DNA from: a candidate division WS6 bacterium GW2011_GWE2_33_157
Lineage (GTDB): Bacteria; Patescibacteriota; Dojkabacteria; SC72
Assembly: GCA_000989675.1 (NCBI GenBank)
Contig: LBOT01000001.1
Coordinates: 1 to 41,417, forward strand
DNA: 41,417 nucleotides
Direction of reading: 5' to 3'
Each line of letters begins with the position of its first letter. The first letter of the stretch is position 1. Positions 34,614 through 41,417 of the stretch are shown piece by piece. Below the pieces are notes generated by a model. That model searched no databases and was not told the DNA's origin. It saw only the letters and a program-made list of their open reading frames with translations. Position numbers and translations under genes: made by a program.

Positions 34614-36510
34614 AGTTTATAACTAATTCTTCAAGTAAAGGAGTCAGAACTGTGTCTGACCCAAAGGCAGCTTTGTATTGGATGTATCTTCCAGTAAGAG
34701 AGGTAGGGAGGTTATATACCCCTGTTTCCTGATAATATGTGTTTGAAGTTCCATCTGGTCCTATCCATGTACTTCCTGTCATAGAGGGGTCATTGCTGAC
34801 TCTCAGCTGTATTTGTAAGGATGTCCCCGTCGGAACTGATGTAGTCAGTCCTAGTATGTAGTAGGTTGATATTATAGATGTGGAATCGAATATGTCCGAG
34901 ATATACAAACCTTCTGAAAAATATCCATCTCCATCTGGTCCACCACCACCGGGTCCTCCTCTTATTATTTTTAATTCTTGAGTTGCATCTTTAGTTAAGA
35001 TATATGAATAGAGGTTAACACCCTGTCTGACAAGTGCTATAGCGTTAATCCCCGTATCTATTTGCAATCCTCCACATTGAGCTATTACTGTTTCATTTTC
35101 TATATCTAAAACGACGTACTCTTCACCTCCATATCCTCCAATTATTGCTCTGTTATCAACTGCTATTACAGATTTTACAGAGAGGAGACCTAATTCGTAT
35201 GACATTACTATTGGATAGCTACCAGTTTTCGTAGAGATATCTAGAATAAAGAATTCTTTCCCAATATTTGTTGCAGTCCCTATGTATGCCCTCGTCTTAT
35301 CTTCTGATATAAATAAAGAGGTTGAAGATTGTGTTCCTAGGTCACCTTGTCCGATTAGTTTTAATCCTGAGTTATATTCATATATTAAAAATTCATGAGT
35401 ATTGTTTGTTACTGTTAAGTATATGTAGTCGTTATCTACATACATATCTGTAACAATAGAGCTAGATGTACCTACAGGTGTTGTACTTAGCTGAGGCCTT
35501 GCCCCATTAACTGAGGAAAGATCGAATATTGTTAAGTTATTACCATGTGTAACAAATCCTTTTCCACTGAGTGCAAACACTGAAGTTGCATCTTGTTGTC
35601 CTACGCTATCAAAATATCCAACCTTTGTGTATGGTACAGATGTAATATCAATTATGACAACTTCTTCAGAGTTAGTATCTGTTGCGAGTAGGGCATTACC
35701 ATTTAAACCAAAGACATCATTTGTTTTATACCCATTGAAAGTACTTCCTACTGTAACTTGTGGAGGTTCTCCAGAAGTGGTTGCTTTCATAAAGGATATA
35801 CCAGATGCATTTTCCCCAGTTCCCATATATATGGTATCTCCACTTGTAGATATGGTAGTTGCAATACCCTGTTGTGGTAAATCAAAGGAGGAGAGGCTTA
35901 AGGATGGATTACACCAGTCTGCATACTTCATTGATTGAAGTCTTACTTCTCCACCATTTAAAATTTGAGACATTGTTTGAGTATATGACCCCCTATCAAA
36001 ATCTGTACTTGTTGTATATGTTACTGAATTGGTATTCCAATCATTAATATATATTTTAGGGTTAATAGTATGTGTTTGATTAAGCTTATCAATCCAACTT
36101 ATATTTATACTAATTAATCTCGAATGGGGGTCAAGAGAACCTCCAGTATCTACTATATTTCCACTACTATCTCTTAATACGCTCAATACAGAGAAAGAAT
36201 AGGTTAGGTTATTTCTTACTTCTTCTCCATCAAGTATTTCATACCTTCCACTTGTATAACTGATATGTTTACTTCCTTCGTTTGTATATCTTGCAACGTT
36301 ATACCAAGATTCAGATTTGAGTAGAAGAAGAGCAGAGTATATCTCTTGGGTTAGATGTGTCGCTTTGGCTCTTGTTTGGGTACTCTCAAGTGTTCTAGTT
36401 GAATCGACAACAAGTAGTACAAGCATAGAGGAGATTACTGCAAAAATCCCAATTGCCAAAACAATCTCTACCAAACTATATCCTTTTAATTTTTGTTTAA
36501 AGCTTTTCAT
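34603..36510 (-). CDS. Giant pilin-like protein: prepilin N-terminus fused to an LVIVD-like beta-propeller and a C-terminal beta-sandwich (candidate tip adhesin)
   Basis: The class III signal is KLKG-YSLVEIVLAIGIFAV. Repeated propeller-like units are EEVVIIDITSVP, NLTIFDLSSVNG, EFFILDISTKTG and EYVVLDIENETV. A Gly-rich linker GGPGGGGPDGDG follows, then ~110 aa ending RYIQYKAAFGSDTVLTPLLEELVINY. Confidence 0.7.
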   Translation of the reverse strand: MKSFKQKLKGYSLVEIVLAIGIFAVISSMLVLLVVDSTRTLESTQTRAKATHLTQEIYSALLLLKSESWYNVARYTNEGSKHISYTSGRYEILDGEEVRNNLTYSFSVLSVLRDSSGNIVDTGGSLDPHSRLISINISWIDKLNQTHTINPKIYINDWNTNSVTYTTSTDFDRGSYTQTMSQILNGGEVRLQSMKYADWCNPSLSLSSFDLPQQGIATTISTSGDTIYMGTGENASGISFMKATTSGEPPQVTVGSTFNGYKTNDVFGLNGNALLATDTNSEEVVIIDITSVPYTKVGYFDSVGQQDATSVFALSGKGFVTHGNNLTIFDLSSVNGARPQLSTTPVGTSSSIVTDMYVDNDYIYLTVTNNTHEFLIYEYNSGLKLIGQGDLGTQSSTSLFISEDKTRAYIGTATNIGKEFFILDISTKTGSYPIVMSYELGLLSVKSVIAVDNRAIIGGYGGEEYVVLDIENETVIAQCGGLQIDTGINAIALVRQGVNLYSYILTKDATQELKIIRGGPGGGGPDGDGYFSEGLYISDIFDSTSIISTYYILGLTTSVPTGTSLQIQLRVSNDPSMTGSTWIGPDGTSNTYYQETGVYNLPTSLTGRYIQYKAAFGSDTVLTPLLEELVINYEK

Positions 36511-36961
36511 ATCCTATTAATCCCTCCATATTTATATATACCCTAATTGAATTTCTACCATCAGTTACGACTAGAGTCCCATATGAAAGTGGTTTGAATT
36601 CACCACTTGGAAAGAATATTTCAGAACCATTCGTTAGAGATACAGAAGTAATCTGTATATTCGTAGGATATTTCTTAATATCTGTATCTGTTGCACTTGC
36701 AAGAGATTCTCCATCAAAGAGAGTGTATTGATTTGAGCCGAGAGATATTCCTCCCGCCATATTCTTTAAAGAGCTCCTTTGCTGTTGATAGCGAATATCA
36801 GTTGTTAATTGAGAGGCATAACTTTCAAGTTTAGATTCTTGAGTTTTTTGAATTGTAAGGGGAAATACTAAGGCGGAGAGCATGAGAAGAATACCCATAA
36901 CTACGAGTAGTTCAAAAAGAGAAAATCCTTGTAATTGTTTTTTATTTAGATTTTTACCCAT
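36497..36961 (-). CDS. Minor (pseudo)pilin, GspH/FimT-like
   Basis: KKQLQG-FSLFELLVVMGILLMLSALVFP is a canonical prepilin cleavage/methylation site. Confidence 0.7.
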   Translation of the reverse strand: MGKNLNKKQLQGFSLFELLVVMGILLMLSALVFPLTIQKTQESKLESYASQLTTDIRYQQQRSSLKNMAGGISLGSNQYTLFDGESLASATDTDIKKYPTNIQITSVSLTNGSEIFFPSGEFKPLSYGTLVVTDGRNSIRVYINMEGLIGYEKL

Positions 36962-38060
36962 TTATAGAACCCATTAGTTGATAAATTGGCATTAGTATGG
37001 TCACTCCAAGTACTCCAATTATTGCTCCTACTAAGATGAGGAGTAGGGGCTCAACAAAGGTTACTATATTATTACTCATTTCTGTTACTTCATCGGAGTA
37101 ATATTCATGTAAGTACATAAGGTTTTCTTCTAGGGTCCCACTAACTTCTCCAACATCAATCATCTTCACAAAAGATTTGTTGAAATATTTCGGATACTCT
37201 GCCAGTGATAGGGAGAGGTCTTTTCCATCCTGAACACTTTCATATACAAGGTTAAGGGTTTTTGCATATATGAAATTACTCATTGTAGTAGACGTTATTT
37301 GTAATGCTTTTGATATAGGAATACCGCTAGCTAGTAGTACACTTAACGTTCTTGAGAAAGAGGACAGAATATTACTAGTAAAGAGTTTCTTTAATATTGG
37401 GAAATTCAATGCTAACCATCCTTTAAACATATAACCTGTTTTTGTTTTAAGAAATATTGAAATAGCAATAACTATGGAAAGAATTATGGCAAGTACTGTT
37501 ATCCAGTTTGTTCTAATAGCTAATGCCGTATTCATAATAAACATCGTTAGTGGAGGGATATTCGGGAAGGATGAAAATAGCGATTCCATCTTTGGTAATA
37601 TGATAAAGATCATTCCAATGAACTCAACCATTGTTAAAGACATGATTATTGTTGGGTATATAATGGCCCCTTTCATTTTCTTACTTAATTCCCATTCTTT
37701 CTTTATTGACTCCGCAATAAAGAGTAAGTTGTCTTCCAAAGATCCTCCTTTTTCTCCTGCCTCAACAACAGAGGAGAGTGTTCCAGGAAAAACTTTAGGG
37801 AAAAGTGTCATAGCTTCAGCCATGGTAGATCCTTTTTCTATTTCTTCTGAAATATATTTGAATATCTTATTTAGATTAGGATCACTAGATTGTTCTGAGA
37901 TTGTTTTTACTGTATCCGAGAGTGGGATACTAGCTTTTAGTAACGCTGCTAACGATTTAATAGCTATTAATAAATTTGAAGTTGAAACATGTAGCCTTTG
38001 AAGTTTTTTTAACTCTTTTAATCTCTGTTCATCTAATGTGTCTATATTTGTTTTTTTCAT
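36954..38060 (-). CDS. pilC: Type IV pilus / T2SS platform protein PilC (GspF family)
   Basis: Two GspF repeats are present, with AGEKGGSLEDNL and VGEVSGTLEENL motifs and 3 TM segments. It overlaps pilB by 4 nt. Confidence 0.9.
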   Translation of the reverse strand: MKKTNIDTLDEQRLKELKKLQRLHVSTSNLLIAIKSLAALLKASIPLSDTVKTISEQSSDPNLNKIFKYISEEIEKGSTMAEAMTLFPKVFPGTLSSVVEAGEKGGSLEDNLLFIAESIKKEWELSKKMKGAIIYPTIIMSLTMVEFIGMIFIILPKMESLFSSFPNIPPLTMFIMNTALAIRTNWITVLAIILSIVIAISIFLKTKTGYMFKGWLALNFPILKKLFTSNILSSFSRTLSVLLASGIPISKALQITSTTMSNFIYAKTLNLVYESVQDGKDLSLSLAEYPKYFNKSFVKMIDVGEVSGTLEENLMYLHEYYSDEVTEMSNNIVTFVEPLLLILVGAIIGVLGVTILMPIYQLMGSING

Positions 38061-39508
38061 TCCTTAATCGATATTACTTTCATTAATTCTTTTATATCAA
38101 TGTCTCCCTTTTTAAGTTTCTTGATGCCATCATCTATCATTAATTTGAATCCATTCTTTTTTGCAACAGCCATTATATTGTCTGAATTTGGTTTTTGGAT
38201 AATTACATCCCTTAAGTCTTTCCCCATTGTAAGTATTTCATATATACCAATTCTTCCAGAGTAGCCAGTATTGTTACACTTTTGGCAGCCTACAGCTTTA
38301 AAGAGTTTGTCTGTTGGATTTATATGTTTTTGAATATCGGGCCTTAGTTTTATAATCTCTTTGTGAGCTTCGTCTTTGCCAGCCGTATACTCCTTTTTAC
38401 AATCAGGACAGAGTCTTCTAGACAACCTTTGAGTAACGACAATATTAAGAGTTGATGCAATTAGGAATGGCTCGATACCCATATCTATTAATCTTGGAAT
38501 CGTACTGATTGCATCATTCGCGTGTACGGTTGAGAGCACTAAGTGGCCAGTTAAAGCAGAATTTACAGTAATCCTAGCTGTCTCTGTATCTCTTATTTCT
38601 CCAACCATTATTATATTAGGATCTTGCCTAAGTATTGATCTAAGACCGTTTGCAAATGTTAAATCTCCCTTGGTATTAATTTGTATATGATTTACACCCT
38701 GAATACTGTACTCAACAGGATCCTCTATCGTTGTGATATTCACATCTCGTGTATTTAATATTTTTAGTAAGGAGTAGAGTGTTGTAGTTTTTCCACTTCC
38801 TGTTGGTCCAGTTACTAAGATTAGACCGTAAGGTTGTCTGTACGCTTTTTCTAATTTGACCAAATCTTCTTCCTCAAATCCTAAATCTGTTAAAGCATAT
38901 GACCTATTTGCTTGTGAGAGTAGTCTGATTACGACTTTTTCTCCATGTGTTACTGGTAGTATGGAGATTCTGGCATCTACATTGTAAGTTTCTTTTGCCT
39001 TACTTTCTTCTTTTGAGAACTTACTAAATATTCCTGCAACCAAACTCTCTTTCTTTTCTTCTCCTTCTTTATTCTTCTCTTCCTTTTTTTCTTTCTCTTT
39101 TTTCTCCTCTTCTTTAACCTCTTTTTCTTCTGGTTTAGTATCTTCCTTTTCGTTTTCTTTAATGTCCTCCACCTTTACTTCTTCTACCTTTGGACCATCA
39201 ATATCCTCTTTCTTTACCGTAAAGAGGATTTTTCCATCTTGTGGAGCGAAGTGAATATCTGTTCTGAGTTTAGATCTAACTTTGATGATAAAGAGAAGGC
39301 TCTCTTTTAAATCTTTACTGATTGGAATGATATCTCTTAATACGCCGTCAATTCTATATCTAATTAAGAGAATATCATCTTCCTTAGATTCTATATGGAT
39401 ATCGGAAGCCTTTGCTTTTAATGCATCAAAAACAAGAGCATCTAAAAAATCAGATACATTTATCTTTTTTTTAATTACATCATCTGTTAACTTTAAAAGT
39501 TCGACCAT
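38057..39508 (-). CDS. pilB: Type IV pilus assembly ATPase PilB/GspE family, with a K/E-rich low-complexity insertion
   Basis: Walker A GPTGSGKTTT, Asp box TIEDPVEY, Walker B IIMVGEIRD, His box GHLVLSTVHAND, tetracysteine CPDC..CQKC. About 70 aa of KVEEVKVEDIKENEKEDTKPEEKEVKEEEKKEKEKKEEKNKEGEEKKE are inserted before the NVDARISILPVTHGEKVVIRLL segment. Confidence 0.93.
   Translation of the reverse strand: MVELLKLTDDVIKKKINVSDFLDALVFDALKAKASDIHIESKEDDILLIRYRIDGVLRDIIPISKDLKESLLFIIKVRSKLRTDIHFAPQDGKILFTVKKEDIDGPKVEEVKVEDIKENEKEDTKPEEKEVKEEEKKEKEKKEEKNKEGEEKKESLVAGIFSKFSKEESKAKETYNVDARISILPVTHGEKVVIRLLSQANRSYALTDLGFEEEDLVKLEKAYRQPYGLILVTGPTGSGKTTTLYSLLKILNTRDVNITTIEDPVEYSIQGVNHIQINTKGDLTFANGLRSILRQDPNIIMVGEIRDTETARITVNSALTGHLVLSTVHANDAISTIPRLIDMGIEPFLIASTLNIVVTQRLSRRLCPDCKKEYTAGKDEAHKEIIKLRPDIQKHINPTDKLFKAVGCQKCNNTGYSGRIGIYEILTMGKDLRDVIIQKPNSDNIMAVAKKNGFKLMIDDGIKKLKKGDIDIKELMKVISIKE
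39044..39130. repeat. Polypyrimidine (plus strand) / polypurine (coding strand) low-complexity tract
   Basis: 87 nt with only 3 purines on the plus strand (ctctctttcttttcttctccttcttt..ctcctcttcttt..cctctttttcttct). It encodes the K/E insertion of PilB. Confidence 0.85.
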
Positions 39509-39564
39509 GGCAGTTTAGATAGCAAAACACTATCCGATATTCATATATATTTACAGAGTTTCTT

Positions 39565-39996
39565 TTATCTCTTTACACTAATAACTTTCCCATCCTCTGC
39601 ATGTGGGGCACTAACTTCTATTCTTCCCGAGGTTCCAGTTATACAAATGGTATACCCAGTATCAGTGCCAGATGCTTCTGAAGGATCTTTTGGAATCTCT
39701 ACTATATATTCATCGACTAGTGTTGTTTCGAATACAGTTCCTGTTACAACAGGTGTTGGTGTAGCACAATCTGCAATTGCACCTAGGTCAGAAATGGTAT
39801 GACCCTCTTCAGATGTATACTGTGTTACTGCATTAAGAATCTGCAGAACGTCTGCACTTCTTTGTGCGTTTCGAGTATCTCTAAAATTCTTTGCAGGGTT
39901 AATTGCAACGATTGTAATTGTAGTTAGGATTATAATTAAAGCTACAACTACTAGGATTTCAATAAGTGAAAATCCTTCATATTTTCTTCTTTGCAT
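39565..39996 (-). CDS. pilA: Major type IV pilin / pseudopilin
   Basis: MQRRKYEG-FSLIEILVVVALIIILTTITIVAI has G(-1), F(+1) and E(+5). It is a small 143-aa protein with its own strong promoter and is the first gene of the locus. Confidence 0.8.
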   Translation of the reverse strand: MQRRKYEGFSLIEILVVVALIIILTTITIVAINPAKNFRDTRNAQRSADVLQILNAVTQYTSEEGHTISDLGAIADCATPTPVVTGTVFETTLVDEYIVEIPKDPSEASGTDTGYTICITGTSGRIEVSAPHAEDGKVISVKR

Positions 39997-40027
39997 TGAG
40001 AAAAATATTAAATTTATATATATCTAA

Positions 40028-40056
40028 AATATACAGTTGTATATTTTTAGTGTCAA
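40028..40056 (-). promoter_or_regulatory. Sigma-70 type promoter for pilA (TTGACA-17 nt-TATATT)
   Basis: The minus strand reads TTGACA (40056..40051), a 17-nt spacer, then TATATT (40033..40028), about 30 nt upstream of the pilA ATG. Confidence 0.5.
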
Positions 40057-40065
40057 TAAAAAAGG

Positions 40066-40644
40066 CTAATTTACTAGTGTCATACTCTCTAATATTTCGT
40101 CTACAATTAGCAAATCTGCTTCTGTTGCCTCATCTGTTGCACCGTAGTCGTATCCACTCGCAGCAGGTTCTCCATCTGGAGTAAACTGCAAACCACTTAA
40201 GGATACTAATGATGGAGTACAAGTTGGTTCGAAGTATGCATTTCCAGCTACTGTATCATAGTTATATATCTCCCCAATTCTTCTAAAAGTTTTCCCTAAC
40301 CATTCAAATTGTATATATGTGCTGTTGGTATAATCAGTAACATTAACTTCATCTCCACTTACCTCATTATCTTCTAAAATCTGAGTGTAGTAGGCGGGGT
40401 TCTCATCATCAAATTTTGCATAACTTGGGCACCCTGAAAAGCCTATGCCATATATTGCTTTGAGGTAGAAGATTTCTGTTGTATCTTTGAAAATCTTTAA
40501 CCCTGTTAAACCTGTATAGTCAATACCCTCTGTTAGCATGGTTGTACCTTCTCCATTAAAATACTCTTCCATACTCCAATTTGCTGGTAAGTTTGCATTT
40601 ACAACTTTCTTGTTCTGTAGTTTCTTGAGTGTCGAATAGGCCAA
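40066..40644 (-). CDS. Hypothetical extracytoplasmic protein (TTG start on the ORF track; alternative ATG at 40572)
   Basis: 192-aa ORF rich in aromatic residues, Gly and acidic residues, with no signal peptide of its own. Its frame opens only 2 codons upstream of the TTG and overlaps the preceding ORF by 89 nt. Confidence 0.5.
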   Translation of the reverse strand: MAYSTLKKLQNKKVVNANLPANWSMEEYFNGEGTTMLTEGIDYTGLTGLKIFKDTTEIFYLKAIYGIGFSGCPSYAKFDDENPAYYTQILEDNEVSGDEVNVTDYTNSTYIQFEWLGKTFRRIGEIYNYDTVAGNAYFEPTCTPSLVSLSGLQFTPDGEPAASGYDYGATDEATEADLLIVDEILESMTLVN

Positions 40645-40852
40645 CCTTTTCTAAAAGTTTCAGTGAGAATATTGCATAATATGCAAGACCTAAGAACAAG
40701 ACAAAGAGAAATACAAAAAGAATAGCGATGGGGAATTTCTTTTTCTTTGGAGATTCTAAGCTCTCCATTACTGGTGTTGGTAAGGGAGTAACAGGGGCCT
40801 CTTTAACAACCTCTTCCGCAACTGGTGTTAAAGTTTTTGTTGCATCTTCCAT
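40556..40852 (-). CDS. Hypothetical signal-anchor membrane protein (possibly the N-terminal part of a split or frameshifted gene)
   Basis: 98-aa ORF with a Pro/Val/Glu-rich N-terminus, KKKKF, then TM PIAILFVFLFVLFLGLAYYAIF. Its C-terminal 30 aa are encoded in the region that overlaps the next ORF. Confidence 0.45.
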   Translation of the reverse strand: MEDATKTLTPVAEEVVKEAPVTPLPTPVMESLESPKKKKFPIAILFVFLFVLFLGLAYYAIFSLKLLEKVGLFDTQETTEQESCKCKLTSKLEYGRVF

Positions 40853-40916
40853 CGATATATATTTATTTAAAGATTATATATACAAAGGTACTTTAAGTTA
40901 GGAAAGAATACAAGGC

Positions 40917-41183
40917 TTACTCATCAATTAGGTCTATAGAGGTACTCTCACAAGCTATCTGAGTACACACAGTTTCTCCTGTATGACAAAAACAGGTATT
41001 ACATCCATCTTGAGATTCATAAGTTTCTTTATCAGCATATGCCCAACCATTATATTCACATCTTGGTGGTTCTTTTATACTTGCGATGTTAGATATGTAA
41101 AAAATATAGCTTATTAAACCTAGTACTATTGTTCCTAGTGTAATTGATAGACCATATAGAAAATTGTTTTTCTTTTCATCCAT
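40917..41183 (-). CDS. Small membrane-anchored cysteine-rich protein (CxxCxC motif, VWC-like pattern)
   Basis: N-terminal TM (LYGLSITLGTIVLGLISYIFYI), then CEYNGWAYADKETYESQDGCNTCFCHTGETVCTQIAC with six Cys. Confidence 0.55.
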   Translation of the reverse strand: MDEKKNNFLYGLSITLGTIVLGLISYIFYISNIASIKEPPRCEYNGWAYADKETYESQDGCNTCFCHTGETVCTQIACESTSIDLIDE

Positions 41184-41192
41184 AACAATATT

Positions 41193-41417
41193 TTATACTA
41201 TTTTATTTCCAATTAAATATCCTAAGAGGGTAGTTAATGTGGATATCGATGTCCCCCATATTAAATCTATAATGGTTATCTTTAAATTCCATCCTTTAAG
41301 TGTAGCAAGGTTGGTTAAATCGTATGTTGCATATGTAGTTAATCCAAAGAGAGCGGCCATAAGTAGGGTCTTTCCAAAAGCACCTTCTTTTATTCCTGGT
41401 ATTAATATTAGTACAAC
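41193..41417 (-). CDS. 3' part of a membrane protein gene continuing beyond the window (DUF2177-like by recollection)
   Basis: The minus frame is open from 41417 to a TAA stop at 41195..41193. Translation: VVLILIPGIKEGAFGKTLLMAALFGLTTYATYDLTNLATLKGWNLKITIIDLIWGTSISTLTTLLGYLIGNKIV. It is not on the ORF track because the start lies outside the window. Confidence 0.5.
   Translation of the reverse strand, partial: VVLILIPGIKEGAFGKTLLMAALFGLTTYATYDLTNLATLKGWNLKITIIDLIWGTSISTLTTLLGYLIGNKIV

Noticed and set aside
39044-39130. Polypyrimidine tract considered as a tandem repeat, a CRISPR-like array or an intergenic regulatory element
   Set aside because: It lies within the pilB reading frame and simply encodes Lys/Glu codons (AAR/GAR). 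It has no fixed repeat unit and no spacer structure.
1-41417. Search for CRISPR arrays, IS elements or transposases, integrases, reverse transcriptases/DGR repeats, rRNA genes and alternative genetic code
   Set aside because: I could not see any regularly spaced direct repeats or any transposase, integrase or RT motifs in any frame of the ORF track. TGA, TAA and TAG all terminate conserved genes at the expected lengths, so code 11 fits.

Overview
Low-GC (roughly one-third G+C by eye), gene-dense bacterial chromosome segment spanning the replication origin. The origin module is rpmH-rnpA-yidD-yidC-jag on the minus strand facing dnaA-oriC-dnaN on the plus strand. Housekeeping genes include rsmA, rpoD, metG, valS, RNase J, a TrmH/SpoU methyltransferase, three tRNAs and a tmRNA. 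An envelope-glycan block carries a GT4 MraY/WecA-like transferase, a PEGA protein and an epimerase-like::DUF4012 fusion. A secretin-less type IV pilus / competence-pseudopilus locus lies at 33.2-40.1 kb: pilA-pilB-pilC, four pilin-like genes and pilD. The gene content and architecture (short aaRS genes, DUF4012/PEGA, no secretin, many small membrane proteins) fit a CPR/Patescibacteria-like or similarly reduced lineage; this is inference only. The standard genetic code applies, since long intact ORFs end in TAA, TAG or TGA. No CRISPR array, transposase, integrase or rRNA is visible. The best candidates for something new are listed here. (1) A ~1.8 kb non-housekeeping islet sits between the tmRNA 3' end and pilD, encoding a 282-aa protein with a C-terminal HEPN-like RQSRAH (Rx4H) motif. 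(2) The pilus locus includes a 635-aa pilin-fused LVIVD-like beta-propeller and a PilB carrying a ~70-aa K/E-rich insertion. (3) A complete T-box leader, with its antiterminator/terminator switch, lies in front of valS. (4) A recurrent GATATAAT-N7-ATG architecture implies leaderless mRNAs. (5) An SD-driven 43-aa, very basic ORF missing from the ORF track has its own strong terminator. (6) An orphan OmpR-type response regulator with a degenerate receiver pocket abuts dnaN.
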